Shown here: positions 26,551 through 40,647 of the stretch, piece after piece
Layout: the number at the start of each line of letters is the position of its first letter
How positions within the stretch are numbered: position 1 is the first letter of the stretch
Origin: Octopus vulgaris
Taxonomy: Eukaryota
Assembly: GCA_951406725.2 (NCBI GenBank)
Contig: OX597817.1
Coordinates: 154,380,001 to 154,444,000 of the forward strand
DNA: 64,000 nucleotides
Direction of reading: 5' to 3'
The notes under the pieces: generated by a model
What the model saw: the letters and a program-made list of their open reading frames with translations, nothing else
The model's database searches: none
Told to the model about the DNA's origin: nothing
Translations under genes and position numbers: made by a program

Positions 26551-27575
26551 TTCATATACACACAACAGATTAAACTGTTGGAAAAGAAAAAATCCTGATA
26601 TCGGGCTACAACAAGTGACCTTAGATGTCAAGAACCCTCTTAAGTATCCTAGCTCTCCCTAATAACATTGCTTTCTGGAGCTGTACTAAACTGTATTTAT
26701 GCCTATTTCCTCTAACCAGCTGTTCAGATCTTTAACGATAGTTCCCAATGCACTTATAACTACTGGGATACATTTTACCCGCACTTTCCATAGTCTCTGT
26801 AATTCAATGACTAGGCCCTGGTACTTTGGTATTTTTCTATAATTCTCATACTGATTTTTTCATCATTTGGGACTGTAAAGTCAATTATCTGACACTTTCT
26901 ATTCTCTTTATCTACTACTACTAAATCAGGCCTTCTAGCTTCTATTACTCTGTCAGTCTGAATGTTGAAGTCCTACAACATCTCGTATTTCTTACTTTCC
27001 AGTACCTTTCTAAGTTAATGTTCATACCATTTATTAGTATGTTCAAATCTTAGCTTTCTACATAACTCCCAATGGATTACTCTCCAAGTTGTCATGTCTT
27101 AAATTCTTTCTGTGCCAACATGCTACATTCACTTACTGTATGAGTAACGCTTTCCTCTTTTGAGTTGCATAACCTACATTGGGAATCTGCTTGGCTTTTG
27201 TCTATCTTGACTTTTATCCCATTAGTCCTTAATGCTTGATGGTGTGCAGCTACTAACAAACTTTCTGTCTCCCTTTTCAGCTTTCCTTTCTGCAATCATA
27301 ACCATGTCTCACTACTTCTATTTGTTGCATATATATTGGGAATCTACCATGCAACGCCTTCTCCGGTTCTTTTTTCTGGTTTTTAACTTCGTTTGAGTTT
27401 TTGCTTTCCCTATATCTTGCTGTGACTCTAGCAGATTTTAATAAACTTTCTTCACTGCTACCAACATAGGAGTCTATATCTACTCTAGTTAACTCCATAC
27501 AGTCTTCTAATGATATTAATCCTCTTCTGCCTTCCTTTCTAAGTAAGTATAATCATGCTACCCCTACCCTCGAGA
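26551..27575 (-). mobile_element. R4/Dong-like RLE LINE, decayed 3' portion, abutting (ATT)n
   Basis: LKRETESLLVAA, CRLCNSKEESVTHTVSEC zinc knuckle, DFNIQTD..RRPDLVV, KYQGL. Confidence 0.85.
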
Positions 27576-27869
27576 TTTAGAAATGTTTGTTTCACTCCAT
27601 ATTCTGGAATTTAGTATATTTACTAATAGTTGTAGCTGTTGGTGAATGCAGTGATTCCTTCTGGTTCGGTGTCTTTTATGTATGTGTTTGTGATTTCGTG
27701 ATCATCCTGCAGCTTTTACCTTTGAAAATTTCTTTACTAATTTTGCGATATCTCATAGAAGAATGGGGTCAAATTCTTACTCTAAATGGAAGGTGTTTAT
27801 CTTTCGTTTTGTGTTCCTGTTCCTTTTTTGTTGTTTGTATCTTTCCTAAAATAATATGCCCATTCATAT

Positions 27870-28296
27870 GAACGTATTTTATGGATAAGATAAACACTTG
27901 TGTGCCGAAGGTGCTGCTGTACTCTGTCTCCGAAAGCAGGAATTGATGTCTTACCAGGCAGTGAAGCAGCTCTACAGATGTTTTGGCCCCTTCCGTTATG
28001 ATACCAGAGCTACCCGGTACCAATCACCGACGGAGGCGACCAAAGTTCCGCAAAATAGGACGAGCTTTGTTGAGTCAGATGTTGCGACTCTGGGCCAAAT
28101 GTTTCTATTATTTGCAGTGTTCGCTCTTACTGTACCACTCATCCTCACTCTTGAGCCAGATGTAATGACTTGCTTTCTCAGCAACTGCCGACAATTTTCA
28201 GGCAACATCTTTTCTCTCCCTCGCAACTAGTTCGAGACTCTTGAGCATCGAGTGAACCCTGGATCCAACAAATTCTCTAACACCTGTCACTACAAG
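27870..28296 (-). mobile_element. Hero-clade RLE LINE 3' end
   Basis: Minus strand VVTGVREFVG...LSAVAEKASHYIWLK resembles the Hero C-terminus (VGCRGFV...AAEKASxWLWLKR). Confidence 0.6.
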
Positions 28297-28339
28297 TCAG
28301 TATATTACTTCCCATCCATTGTTTTCGCAGTAATACATG

Positions 28340-28625
28340 CAGACAGATAGACCAACACACACACACACACACTCACACACACACACACACACACTCACAT
28401 ACATACATATATACACACACATGCACATACATACATACATACATACATACATACATACATACATACACACACACACATATATACACACATACATACATAC
28501 ATACATACATACATACACACACACACTCACATACATACATACATACATACATACATACATACATACATACATACATACATACATACATACATACATACAT
28601 ACATACATACATACATACATACATA
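28340..28625. repeat. (CA)n/(CATA)n microsatellite
   Basis: Direct observation. Confidence 0.95.
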
Positions 28626-28639
28626 CTGTATGTTAAGGG

Positions 28640-31140
28640 AATACTGTGGGATACTTTCTGATAGTCAATCCTGGTCAGTAATTATCTTTACACCCATATG
28701 AGCCTTTGCAGTATTCTTTCTATTCTGTTTTTTTTTTAATATTTCTAGTTTCTTTAAACTTATGAATTAAGATAGTCTTATCCCAAGTCACCCAGTTAGA
28801 CATTGTCTTCAGCGCCATCAGTATCACATTAAATATCTCTGCTCACGTCTTATATGTCTCTCTTTTACTCTTTTACTCTTTTACTTGTTTCAGTCATTTG
28901 ACTGCGGCCATGCTGGAGCACCACCTTTTTAGTCGAGCAAATCGACCCCGGGACTTATTCTTTTGTAAGCCCAGTACTTATTCTATCGGTCCCTTTTGCC
29001 GAACCGCTAAGTGACGGGGACGTAAACACACCAGCATCGGTTGTCAAGCAATGCTAGGGGGACAAACAAAGACACACAAACATATACACACATACTTATA
29101 TATATATATACATATATACGACGGGCTTCTTTCAGTTTCCGTCTACCAAATCCACTCACAAGGCATTGGTCGGCCCGGGGCTATAATAGAAGACACTTGC
29201 CCAAGATGCCACGCAGTGGGACTGAACCCGGAACCATGTGGTTGGTTAGCAAGCTACTTACCACACAGCCAAACATTTTTAACTAAAAGCTTGAAAATTT
29301 ATCGTCCTCTGGTACATTTTTATCACAGTGTCTGGGTTATGTAATTTGTTATTACGATCTACGATTTGGGTGTTGTGTTCGTTGTTTTGAACAATCTGAG
29401 GTAATTCTTTCATTTCCTATGCTCCACCCCAAAATTCTTCAACTTCTCTCGTTGTTCGTGCTCTATTGACAACTATTTAATTTTACAAAATTTTTTTAAT
29501 CAGATAGTTTTGAGTTACACTGTTTGTTTGTTCAAAGAATCGTTGTCGCTTTTCATTCGAACTGCGAATTGTTTGCGATTTAATGTTCTCTTGTTTCAGG
29601 CATGCTTTGATTTTAGATACTTGTTGTTGTTTTTTGTTATATTATGCAATAGAAGTCTCCGGTTCTCATTTTCTCTTTCAGTTCTGTCATTTTGTTATTG
29701 TTTTCATTGAGGATTGAAATGTTTTTTTATTATTTTATAATTTTGCATTTGAATATTTGTTTTCTGTGTTGTATGCTCGGGTTTTGATATTCCTTGAGTA
29801 ACTACAGAGGCGGCTGCAGATATCATTTCATTTAGCCTCGTCGTGTTGATATTTGTGTTTGTGTTAATTCTGAGGCGATCAGGCATGCATTTCTATTATT
29901 GTTGCAATTTTTGTTTTTAAGTTTTATCCTTGGGAGGGACTTTCTTTTAATGCTTCTAATTTTAGATTGCCACAATTATGATTTCCACGTTTGGAATTTT
30001 TAATTCTTAGATCTTCCTCATGTTCCCATATGTATGTTTGATCGTTCGTGTTTTCCTGGTTCAGTTTTACTTGGTCAGTGCATATAGCTGTTCTTGGATT
30101 TGATTTTGGCATGATTTGTTATTTACTTTATTCTTTCTCCATGTGTTAGTTCTATCTTCGTGTTTTACTTTCTCAGTGTTATAATTTACTCGTGTTTTTG
30201 TAGCATAGTCTTTCATTGCAATCTGCTATTTCAGTTTCTAGTATTTCTTTTCGTTTTGAGAATGTATCTTAAGTTAACTAATCTGCTATATATATATATA
30301 ACATGTTCCATTTATTACTGATACTGTTCTTACTTTCATGTATTTCGCCCCTGTATGTTTCAGTTTCAAAATCCTTACGTTTGGATAGCTTCTTCGCTTC
30401 CTTTCCTGTAATATTTTGTTGATAACGGATCGTGATGTCTATTTGCGTGCTATTATTTCCCGCCCAGTATTTCATTATCATATACGGCTGTTGTATTGAT
30501 CAACTTGTCACTATGAGTTGCCATGCTCCAAATGATGTAGCAAGGTCGTTGTTTGTGCCGTTTTCAGATTGTGTTTATACCATTTGTAATCCGTTTTTGT
30601 ATCAAACTATTGTCATATTGCTCATTGGACATACCTATCGAATCGATCATATCTGTATATATTCCGATATATACATTGCTCAGTCAAAAATGATGTGGCA
30701 GACTGTTTCATTGTCTTAGTTGCATAGTCTGCACTAAATATTAGCATCAGTTTTACTAGTTTTATTGTTGTTTGTAACAAGGCAGTGACCTTGTGAAGCT
30801 GATATAGAAACTGTTTTTTGCTTTTAATCTAGAATTTTGAGCCATGGTTGATTGAGCCATAGTTGATTTTTATCCTGACTTAGTTCTTCTCTGTAAGGCT
30901 TAGCGGAATATTGGCCATTGAATGTTTGTGCACTCCATTATTTTTTCTTCGGTGTTTGATATTGTCTTCTGTTTTTCTAACCCTTTTAATTGTGTCATTA
31001 TCGTCTAAGTCTGTTAATTCGGCATATCACGCTTCTTCTTTGTAATTTGTCCTTTCTTTGCATAGAAAGAAAATTTGCTTCTTTTTCATATTTGTTTATT
31101 GTGCTGATCAGCTCTCTGCTTCATTTTAAATATTCAAGAA
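28640..31140 (-). mobile_element. Highly decayed RLE LINE sequence, probably two head-to-tail pieces
   Basis: T-rich plus strand; fragments such as QIDITI..QQNITGKEAKKLSK.KD.ETE resemble the RLE domain at 46433-46800. Confidence 0.55.
28860..29270 (-). mobile_element. SINE family B
   Basis: Reverse-complement match. Confidence 0.88.
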
Positions 31141-31552
31141 ATACTCCCACTTCTCGAAAAATGAATAGATTTTCTTATTCTCTCAAAAGCGCATTTGGTC
31201 TCTATATAATGTTATGAGTTCCATCAGCCGTGATTCAGCGTATTATGGGTCTAACCTTTAACCTCTAGAACGAAGAGAGACGATATATAGAGGTGGTGCG
31301 TCACACACACAATCACATACACACACACATACACACTCACACACACTCACACTCACGCACACTTGCCTATATTTTGGTACTACAGTATATAGAGTGATGC
31401 AACACATGCATCACTACCACCAAAGATAGTGGTACGAACGTCGACTTTAGCAGCACAAACGAACCAGGACTGAGTGCTGTGCTGATGTGACATTTATCGA
31501 CACATGATTGGCTGCAGTTTGCATAGACAGGCAATTTCTGATGACCACTGAA

Positions 31553-31783
31553 TACCTATTTCTTTATTACCCACAAGGGGATAAACATAGAGAGGACAAA
31601 CAAGGACAGACATAGGTATTAAGTCGATTACATTGACCCCAGTGCGTAGCTGGTACTTATTTAATCGACCCCGAAAGGATGAAAGGCAAAGTCGACCTCG
31701 GCGGAATTTGAACTCAGAACGTAACGGCAGACGAAATGCCGCTAAGCATTTCACCCGGCGTGGTAACGATTCTGCCAGCTCGC
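31553..31783 (-). mobile_element. SINE family C
   Basis: Full reverse-complement copy. Confidence 0.85.
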
Positions 31784-31789
31784 TGAATA

Positions 31790-32310
31790 CCACAAGGCCT
31801 CGGAGCTGTACCCCTGAAGGGACAGAAAGAAAAGCAATTAAACTATTAGACTGGGAGGTAAGACAAAAAGCCCAGATGCTTCATGTTTTGACAATAAGAA
31901 CCCTTGAGAGTTTTCTTATAGAAAACAATTAGAAAAATAGGGCAGAAAAGAGGCAGGTAAACTGCAGTACACACTAAAACTATTATTTCTAATGAATACC
32001 TGGTTGCAATAGAAATCACTTCATCTTTAGGGTAAAAAACCGACACCCTAGAAAATGAGAGAGTCCTTCTTCTGGTAGAGAAGCAACAAGTGCCATAGTC
32101 TCGTTGCAACACTGTGGTAGAAGAAATGAAAGACGGACAGAGATGGGAAACTACTAGGAGAAAGATAAAGCCTGTCCATAACGAAGACAAGATACACGGA
32201 GATGGAGAGAGACCATTCCTCTTAAGACAATATGAAATCTACAGGTCTTCGAAGAGTCAACGACCTAACGGCTTGCTAAACGAACTGAAGAAGAGGGAAT
32301 GATGTGGTTT
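31790..32310 (+). mobile_element. Possible decayed L1/Tx1 ORF1 fragment
   Basis: KLLDWEV...LTIRT resembles KILEWEI...VVLRT of the ORF1 at 44347. Confidence 0.35.
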
Positions 32311-32374
32311 TTAGGAGATAACGTAGAAGTCGATTTTATGGAACATTTGAATGATAAACTGTGAACATTACACT

Positions 32375-32765
32375 GATGGATGGAAGCACTCCGTCGGTTA
32401 CGACGACGAGGGTTCCGGTTGATCCGAATCAACGGAACAGCCTGCTCGTGAAATTAACGTGTAAGTGGCTGAGCACTCCACAGACACGTGCACCCTTAAC
32501 GTAGTTCTCGGGGATATTCAGCGTGACACAGAGAGTGACAAGGCCGGCCCTTTGAAAATACAGGTACAATAGAAACAGGAAGTAAGAGTGAGAGAAAGTT
32601 GTGGTGAAAGAGTACAGCAGGGATCACCACCATCCCCTGCCGGAGCCTCGTGGAGCTTTTAGGTGTTTTCGCTCAATAAACACTCACAACGCCCGGTCTG
32701 GGAATCGAAACCGCGATCCTATGACCGCGAGTCCACTGCCCTAACCACTGGGCCATTGCGCCTCC
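32375..32765 (-). mobile_element. SINE family A
   Basis: TSD tgaacattacact. Confidence 0.9.
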
Positions 32766-33979
32766 TGAACATTACACTAACATTCTAGACACAGAATATA
32801 TTACCCAGAGAACGTGGAATGCTTTTCCCCTAATCCGATACCAAAGACGCTAATGGATATCTGCGAGGACAACAGCTCCCAGCATAAGGACGGAAAGTGA
32901 TCGGAGAGATAGGTTATCTTAATCTGTCCTAGGTGAGGGCTTCTCGTATCGTATAAGCGAGATGCTCTTATTTCTTTCTATTGTATCAATTTATCTATAC
33001 AAATGTATATTTATTTATATTTTACCTACATTTATTCGTGTAATTTTCAACTTATAAAGTTTTCCTGACATACTCTATAACGTTTTGTCCTTCAAATATA
33101 TTTTATGTAACATGTGTACATCCTCGAGTGAGTTGTAGACCTTTTGCGATATGTTTTGTATGAATTCATAGACCCTTGGGAAAAATACATGCAAGAATTA
33201 TTATTATTGTCAATTGTGTTAAGTCACAGAAATGGCAGTGTGTCGGATGGATAACTTTATAACGTCCACTGTCACTGTGTTATCATTATGCGTTCTTAAT
33301 TTGAATCTCGCCTCTAGTTTTTCTTTGATAAAATACCAACCAGTTATATTCAGTGGAGTGGACGATGAAATGGATCATTACCTATTTTATAAATTTACCT
33401 TCTGCAGATTCTTCGAAACATCATCATCATCATCATCATCTACAACAACGCTGTCATTTTTTCGAATAAAATATGACTGCTATGGTATTTCCGTATGCCG
33501 TATCTTTTCCTTGGCGTGAAACTAAGATTAAGCAGTCGTATTGGTGGATTGATACGAGGAACATGTTTTGAACTTCGTTCCAAGTAAACTTCTTGAAATC
33601 TCGGCAGGGTGCCAATACTTTAAAAAGAACACCAACGAGTAATGCGAAGCTTCGAAATTCCATCAATTTCTGATTCATATAATTGAAAGTTATTTCATTG
33701 ATTAAATTTTCAGACAACATGCAACTCCTTATACACAACAATGGTCGCTAATGAGGGACATGAATTTCGAGATGAAAGCGCTCCGCGACCACCGCTTCTG
33801 TTTCCTTGGATACTTCCATCCACTTAAACAATTATTTGTGCTAGTTCTATGAAAATGAAAAAATATTCCAATGAAGTTATAAACCTACATCAAAACCGGT
33901 TTATAATTTAATTAGAATCAACCATTACAATTCTCTTCGTTCATGATATGGAGTTTGTATCGATAAATAGAAACGGTAA

Positions 33980-34069
33980 TGATCATCATCATCCTCAACA
34001 TTATCATCATCATCATCATCATCATCATTATCATCATCATTATCATAATCATCATCACCATCAATATTC

Positions 34070-34135
<66 letters not shown>

Positions 34136-34387
34136 CATCATTGTTATTATTATTATGAAGCCAGTGAGCTAGCAGAATCGTTAGCACGCCGGGCAAAATG
34201 CTTAGCGGCATTTCGTCTGTTTTTTACGTTCTGAATTCAAATTCCGCCGAGGTCGACTTAGCCTTTTATCCTTCCGGAATCAATAAAATAAGGTCCAGTA
34301 ACGCACTGGGGTCGATGTAATCGTCTAATCCCCTCCCCCACTCCAAAATTTCAGGCCTTGTGACTTTTGTAGAAAAGATTATTATTA

Positions 34388-34466
<79 letters not shown>

Positions 34467-34507
34467 CATCATTATCATTATTATTATTATCATTATTATT
34501 ATTATTA

Positions 34508-34568
<61 letters not shown>
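33980..34568. repeat. (ATC)n/(ATT)n microsatellites with an intervening SINE
   Basis: Direct observation. Confidence 0.95.
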
Positions 34569-35610
34569 GTATCGGTTTTTCTTCTTCTTTCAAATTTGCT
34601 TCCATTTCTTGCCGAGTGTCTTCCCGACTCCTAGGGCAAAGAAACTCATAGTATACATTGGTAGGCCATTAAACTAAACTCACTAGTTCGTTCATTTTTT
34701 TTTTTTTGATAGAAATAAAGTTAAATTAAAATACATGGGTAGTAATAGTTCTCACATCGAAAATGCTCTTCTCAATACGTGTGATGTACCAGTTAAGACA
34801 ATCTTTTGCACTTCTTGCAGGGATGGTAAGCCAGGGATCATTCTCATATAATTTTCGGTTCCCTTCTTGATCATTCCTAGTGCTCCTACGATCACTGGTA
34901 TTGTAACCGCCTTGAGATGCCACATTTTCTCAATTTTCAATGAGCAGGTCTTTATATTTTCTGAGCTTGTCAAATTCTTTCGCCGAGATATTATGATCAC
35001 AGGGGATGCTCATGTTGATCAATAAGCAAACTTTATTGTTTTGGTCTTTCACAACAATATCCGGTTTATTGGCTTTGATGATTCGGTCTGTATGTACTGG
35101 AAAGTCCCACAGAATCGTTACATTTTCTCCTTCAGTTACAGCCTCAGGGTGGTGATTATACCACTTGTCGGCAGTTTTGATATTGTAATGCCGACTTATT
35201 AGCCAGTGGAGATATTGGCCAACTCTGTCATGTCTTAATTTATACTCCACTGGTGCTAAGACTTTACATTCTGAGATTAGGTGATCCACTGTTTCAATCA
35301 TGTCGTTGCAGAATCGGCATTTTGGGTCTGCTCCATTTTTCATCAGATTGGCCTGGTAGTTCCGGGTTAATAGGCTTTGATCTTGAGCAGCCAGGATGAA
35401 ACCGTCGCTCTCTGCTTTTAGCCCTGAGCTCCGTAGCCACTGATGGGTTTGCTTCTGGTCAACATCAGCTTGTTTGCTACGGGCCACATATTTGCAGAGG
35501 TTTCTCCTCCCACCTATCAGCCAATTGCTCGTGCGCTTTTTTCGTTGCCATTATTTTCACCTTCTTTGCAACAATAGTTGCCGTACTTCCCTCGGGTTGT
35601 TCATTTTGGA

Positions 35611-35611
<1 letters not shown>
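34569..35611 (-). mobile_element. R4/Dong-like RLE LINE, 5' truncated, in (ATT)n
   Basis: CRFCNDMIETVDHLISEC, RHD, WDFPVHTD, KPD, KYKDL; (ATT)n on both sides. Confidence 0.92.
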
Positions 35612-35657
<46 letters not shown>

Positions 35658-36099
35658 GGCGATGAGCAGGCAGAACTATTAGCGCGCCGAACAAAATGCT
35701 TAGCAGCATTTCAGTCGTCTTTACGTTCTTATCTCGAATTAGGCTGTGATTGACTTTGCCTTTCATCCTTTTCGGGATCGGTCATATAGATACCAGTTGA
35801 GCACTGGTGTCGATGTAATCGACTTACTCCGCCCATCCGAAATCGCTCGCCATTTGCCAACATTTGAGACCCTTATTATTAAGCGACGGGCTGACGAAGT
35901 CGTTAGTATATCGAACAAAACGTTTAGCTACATTTCGTCCGTCTTATTTTCTGAGTTTGAATTCTGCCTTTCGTCTTCCGGTGTCGATAAAAAAAGTACC
36001 AGTTGAGCACTGGGGTCGATGTAATCGACTGGCCCTCTCCCCCAAAATTTCAGGCCTATAGTAGAAAGGATTGTTTATTTATTCATTTAAAAACAAAAT

Positions 36100-37730
36100 T
36101 GCATTTCTCCCCTTTGATGTAATTTTGGTGGGTTTACTCTTGGATAACAAGGTACCACCTGTAACCTCAGCCATCCAGGATCTTTCAAATGATCTTCGCT
36201 GTTCCAAAGAAGCAAGCCAGTGGCATGTATTCTATATACTTCTTATTTCATTACTGCCCACAAGGCGCTACACACAGAGGGGACAAACGAAGACAGACAA
36301 ACGGATTAAGTCGATTATATCGACTCCAGTGCGTAACTGGTACATATTTAATCGACCCCGAAAGGATGAAAGGCAAAGTCGACCTCGGCGGAATTTGAAC
36401 TCAGAACGTAACGGCAGACGAAATACCTATTTCTTTACTACCCACAAGGGGCTAAACACAGAGGAGACAAACAAGGACGGACAAAGGGATTAAGTCGATT
36501 ATATCGACCCCAGTACGTTACTGGTACTTATTTAATCGATCCCGAAGGAATGAAAGGCAAAGTCGACCTCGGCGAAATTTGAACTCAGAGCGTAGCGGCA
36601 GACGAAATACCTATTTCTTTACTACCCACAAGGGGCTAAACACAGAGAGGACAAACAAGGACAGACAAACGGATTAAGTCGATTATATCGACCCCAGTAC
36701 GATACTCGTACATATTTAATCGACCCCGAAAGGATGAAAGGCAAAGTCGACCTCGGCGGAATTTGAACTCAGAACGTAACGGCAGACGAAATACCTATTT
36801 CTTTACTACCCACAAGGGGCTAAACACAGAGAGGACAAACAAGGACAGACAAACGGATGAAGTCGATTATATCGGCCCCAGTACGTTACTGGTACTTATT
36901 TAATCGATCCCGAAGGAATGAAAGGCAAAGTCGACCTCGGCGGAATTTGAACTCAGAGAGTAGCGGCAGACGAAATACCTATTTCTTTACTACCCACAAG
37001 GGGCTAAACACAGAGAGGACAAACAAGGACAGACAAACGGATGAAGTCGATTATATCGACCCCAGTACGTTACTGGTACTTATTTAATCGATCCCGAAGG
37101 AATGAAAGGCAAAGTCGACCTCGGCGAAATTTGAACTCAGAGAGTAGCGGCAGACGAAATACCTATTTCTTTACTACCCACAAGGGGCTAAACACAGAGA
37201 GGACAAACAAGGACAGACAAACGGATTAAGTCGATTATATCGACCCCAGTACGTTACTGGTACTTATTTAATCGACCCCGAAGGGATGAAAGGCAAAGTT
37301 GACCTCGGCGGAATTTGAACTCAGAATGTAACGGCAGACGAAATACCGCTAAGCATTTCGCCCGGCGTGCTAACGTTTCTGCCAGCTCGCTGCCTATGTG
37401 CTTCTGCAAGCCAATCTTTCTTGGCCACTTCTTGAGCCTCTTCCCCGTCGTTCCTAAGGTTCCAGGGACAATTGGTACGACTTCACTTTTTCTGTAACCC
37501 TACAATCTTCTTATCCCTCTCTTCAGGTCCTGGTATATTTCTACCTTGTTGACTTTCTTATCTTTTATTCTTGTATCAGATGAACAGGCTACATCAATTA
37601 TATAGCAAGTCCGTTCTCTCTTCTCAAACACCGACCTATCTGGCCTATTATGTTCTAGAATATAATCCCTTTGGATAGGAAAGTCCCAAACAAGTTTAAC
37701 ATCATCATTCTCTGTCACATTTTCAGGCGC
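36100..37730 (-). mobile_element. RLE LINE 3' fragment interrupted by the SINE C hexamer
   Basis: WDFPIQRD..NRPD..IIDVAC..YQDLKR on the right; FGTAKII.KILDG* on the left. Confidence 0.75.
36240..37394 (-). repeat. Tandem hexamer of SINE family C, 184-bp period
   Basis: Junction aaatacctatttc at 36421, 36605, 36789, 36973 and 37157; single head at 37341-37394. Confidence 0.92.
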
Positions 37731-37840
37731 ATGTTCATATCATACATGCATACTCACACACACACTCTCTCTCTCTCTCACACACACACAAAAGCACGCA
37801 CTCAGTGCATACACACATGCACAAGGGCGAAATTTGAAAC

Positions 37841-37874
<34 letters not shown>

Positions 37875-38977
37875 ATTAATATTATTATTATTTCTACTAC
37901 TACTACTAAGGCGGTGAGTTGGCAGAATCGTTTGCACGCCTGGGGAAGTACTAAGCGGTATTTCGTCTGTCACTACGTTCTGAGTTCAAATCCCGCCACG
38001 GTCGATGTATGCCTTCCCTGACCGATAGGCCTCTGGATCAGGACAAATCTTTGCAATTTTTCCCAAAAAATACTTCGTTGAGAGTATTTTTCCTTTTTAA
38101 ATGATTTATATGTTTGTTCAATCGTTCACATGAATTGATTCATTAAAACTTATTTAAACTTCAGAAGTTCTTACAACTTTGGTCGTCGTTTGTTTAATAA
38201 AAATTATTCCTCGTAATGATTTTGCTTTCCTTTTGTGATAGACAGCTATCATGCAGAAAAAGGCCAGCTTCCAAATCCTGTTTTCTGATAAGGTAAAATT
38301 GATTAAACTTTGAACTTCTGTGGCATTTTTCTGCAATTTTTCTGGAACACATAAATAACAAAACTGGATTTAACGTTGGAAATTATTTCAATATACCAAA
38401 TCTGATTCTTCAAAAGAGTTTTGTAAATTTGTATTCTGCACATGGGAATTCATACGATTATGTAAAAACTAAGAAAAGTTTTTTTTTTCCGTGCGTGATT
38501 TAAGGCCTATTTAGCTGTTATCTTTAGCACACGTCATACTGCATGTGTCTTAAGCCTTTAATAAGCGACAAAAAGAACGCGTGGTAAGCAGCATGATAAC
38601 AGCTTGGCTTGTTACTATGGAAACAAGCACCTATATGTCTGTGGCTTTCGATTGGCTAAAATTACCCGAAGTTTGCCAACTTTATAAGCTATTAACTCTT
38701 TATTTATCGATTTTCGACGAAAACAAATTTCATGTCAATGATCACTTTACAAAACAACACCAATACGCCAAATATTAAATCATTTGAAACAAAATTTGAA
38801 GAAATTGAAAAGTGACAGCCGAACAGAAAATATCTATATTTTATATTGTCATTCTGCTTTTGTAACATTCAATAAAAAGTATATAAAAGGAAATTATTTT
38901 AATTAATTTGTATGTAATTCGTGTAACTGTTACTGTGGATGCAGCGATTCTAGAAAGATATGTGGCTATTAATCAGT

Positions 38978-39364
38978 GTGGAGGCGCAATGGCCCAGTGG
39001 TTAGGGCAGCGGACTCGCGGTCATAGGATCGCGGTTTCGATTCCCAGACCGGGCGTTGTGAGTGTTTATTGAGCGAAAACACCTAAAAGCTCCACGAGGC
39101 TCCGGCAGGGGATGGTGGTGATCCCTGCTGTACTCTTTCACCACAACTTTCTCTCACTCTTACTTCCTGTTTCTGTTGTACCTGTATTTCAAAGGGCCGG
39201 CCTTGTCACTCTCTGTGTCACGCTGAATATCCCCGAGAACTACGTTAAGGGTACACGTGTCTGTGGAGTGCTCAGCCACTTACACGTTAATTTCACGAGC
39301 AGGCTGTTCCGTTGATTCGGATCAACCGGAACCCTCATCGTCGTAACCGGCGGAGTGCTTCCAT
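38978..39364 (+). mobile_element. SINE family A
   Basis: TSD tattaatcagt. Confidence 0.9.
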
Positions 39365-39659
39365 TATTAATCAGTAAACGGAAGAATCAGGGAAGCGTCA
39401 TAGGAAATTCCATGCTATATTTTAGTTACATCCTTCCACTCTATGAGTACAAGTGTCGATTTTTGCTTTCATTCTTTCTCTGATCCGTTTGAATCAATCC
39501 AAAGCTTTCAGCAGTGTTGGATATTAGTAACTGGTGGCTGTTCTCACTTCGGTCAGTTTCACTCTCATTTTCAGATGCTTGGTCTCTTCAGTGTACAGCG
39601 CCATCTGCTCTGTATTCAGAGGCCGTTTGTCAGATTTATCTTCTCAAAGCTCTTTTTAA

Positions 39660-39895
39660 CGGTGATCCATCTCTAAATGGGCTTTCTCCGTCCGGGTTGC
39701 GGATCCGTGGAATAAGCTGCCGGACGAGATAGTGAAGATGCCGACGACCGCTCGGTTCAAAGTCTCCCTTGACCACAAATGGCCTGAACTCTTTGCATGA
39801 ACACCACCCTGTACTTAACTCCATGTCCCCCTACATGACCTTGCTTTTTGCTTTTTGAGCCAAAAAATTAATTTAACTAACTTAACTTAACTTAA
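39660..39895 (+). mobile_element. CR1-clade LINE 3' end
   Basis: FSVRVADPWNKLPDEIVKMPTTARFKVSLD C-terminal motif; (ACTTA)n tail. Confidence 0.85.
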
Positions 39896-40154
39896 AATAA
39901 GGTGAAAACTAAAGTTTGGCATCAGGTGTTCAGAACGTAATCAGACACCTACAATTTAAGTAATGAGGGTGGTGATACGCCGACCCTTCTCTCCTATAGC
40001 GGTAGCTAAGAGCACATTCTCGAAGATATTCTAGACATCGTCGAAGCCCAACTGAACAGTCTATTCTAGAGGCAAAAAAACTACATCTCCTATAAAGTCT
40101 CTTTTCGAAATAATATTATTGTGTGCGAGCATAAATGAGAAAAGCAATACGATG

Positions 40155-40275
40155 TCTATCTTTCTGTTGAAGAGCGTAGGCTCAAAACGTAAAAGACTTG
40201 TTTTTTTTTATATTCCTGAGCGCCATACTAATACAATTGTTTGTTTGTATTCCACCTGCCTTCGTCTTTTGTTTA
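40155..40275 (+). mobile_element. PLE-like fragment with a degenerate hammerhead (40159-40197), ending at (TA)n
   Basis: cttt-CTGTTGA-a-gagc(gtag)gctc-AAAA-cgta-aaag; same family as 25116. Confidence 0.65.
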
Positions 40276-40291
40276 TTTTCATAAAGCTTCC

Positions 40292-40346
<55 letters not shown>

Positions 40347-40508
40347 GCTAAGTGTATTTGAAGTAGGAAGAGGACAAAAGTGAACAACGGTGGGAGGAAA
40401 GAAAATATCAAATACGCACAAATACTAATACATGCACACTAACGCACACACACATACGCACCCATGTGTGTGTGTATAAGTGTGTTCTGTACATATGTAT
40501 ATATGTGT

Positions 40509-40549
<41 letters not shown>

Positions 40550-40647
40550 AGTGTGTATGTGTGTGTGCATATATATATATATATAGTGATTCAGACATAA
40601 TAAGATTTTCAAAATTTTTCACTTCACGTTAGCAGTCTTTGGTATGT

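Noticed and set aside
36240-37394. CRISPR-like array
   Set aside because: Units are whole 184-bp SINE copies with no unique spacers and no cas genes; eukaryotic context.
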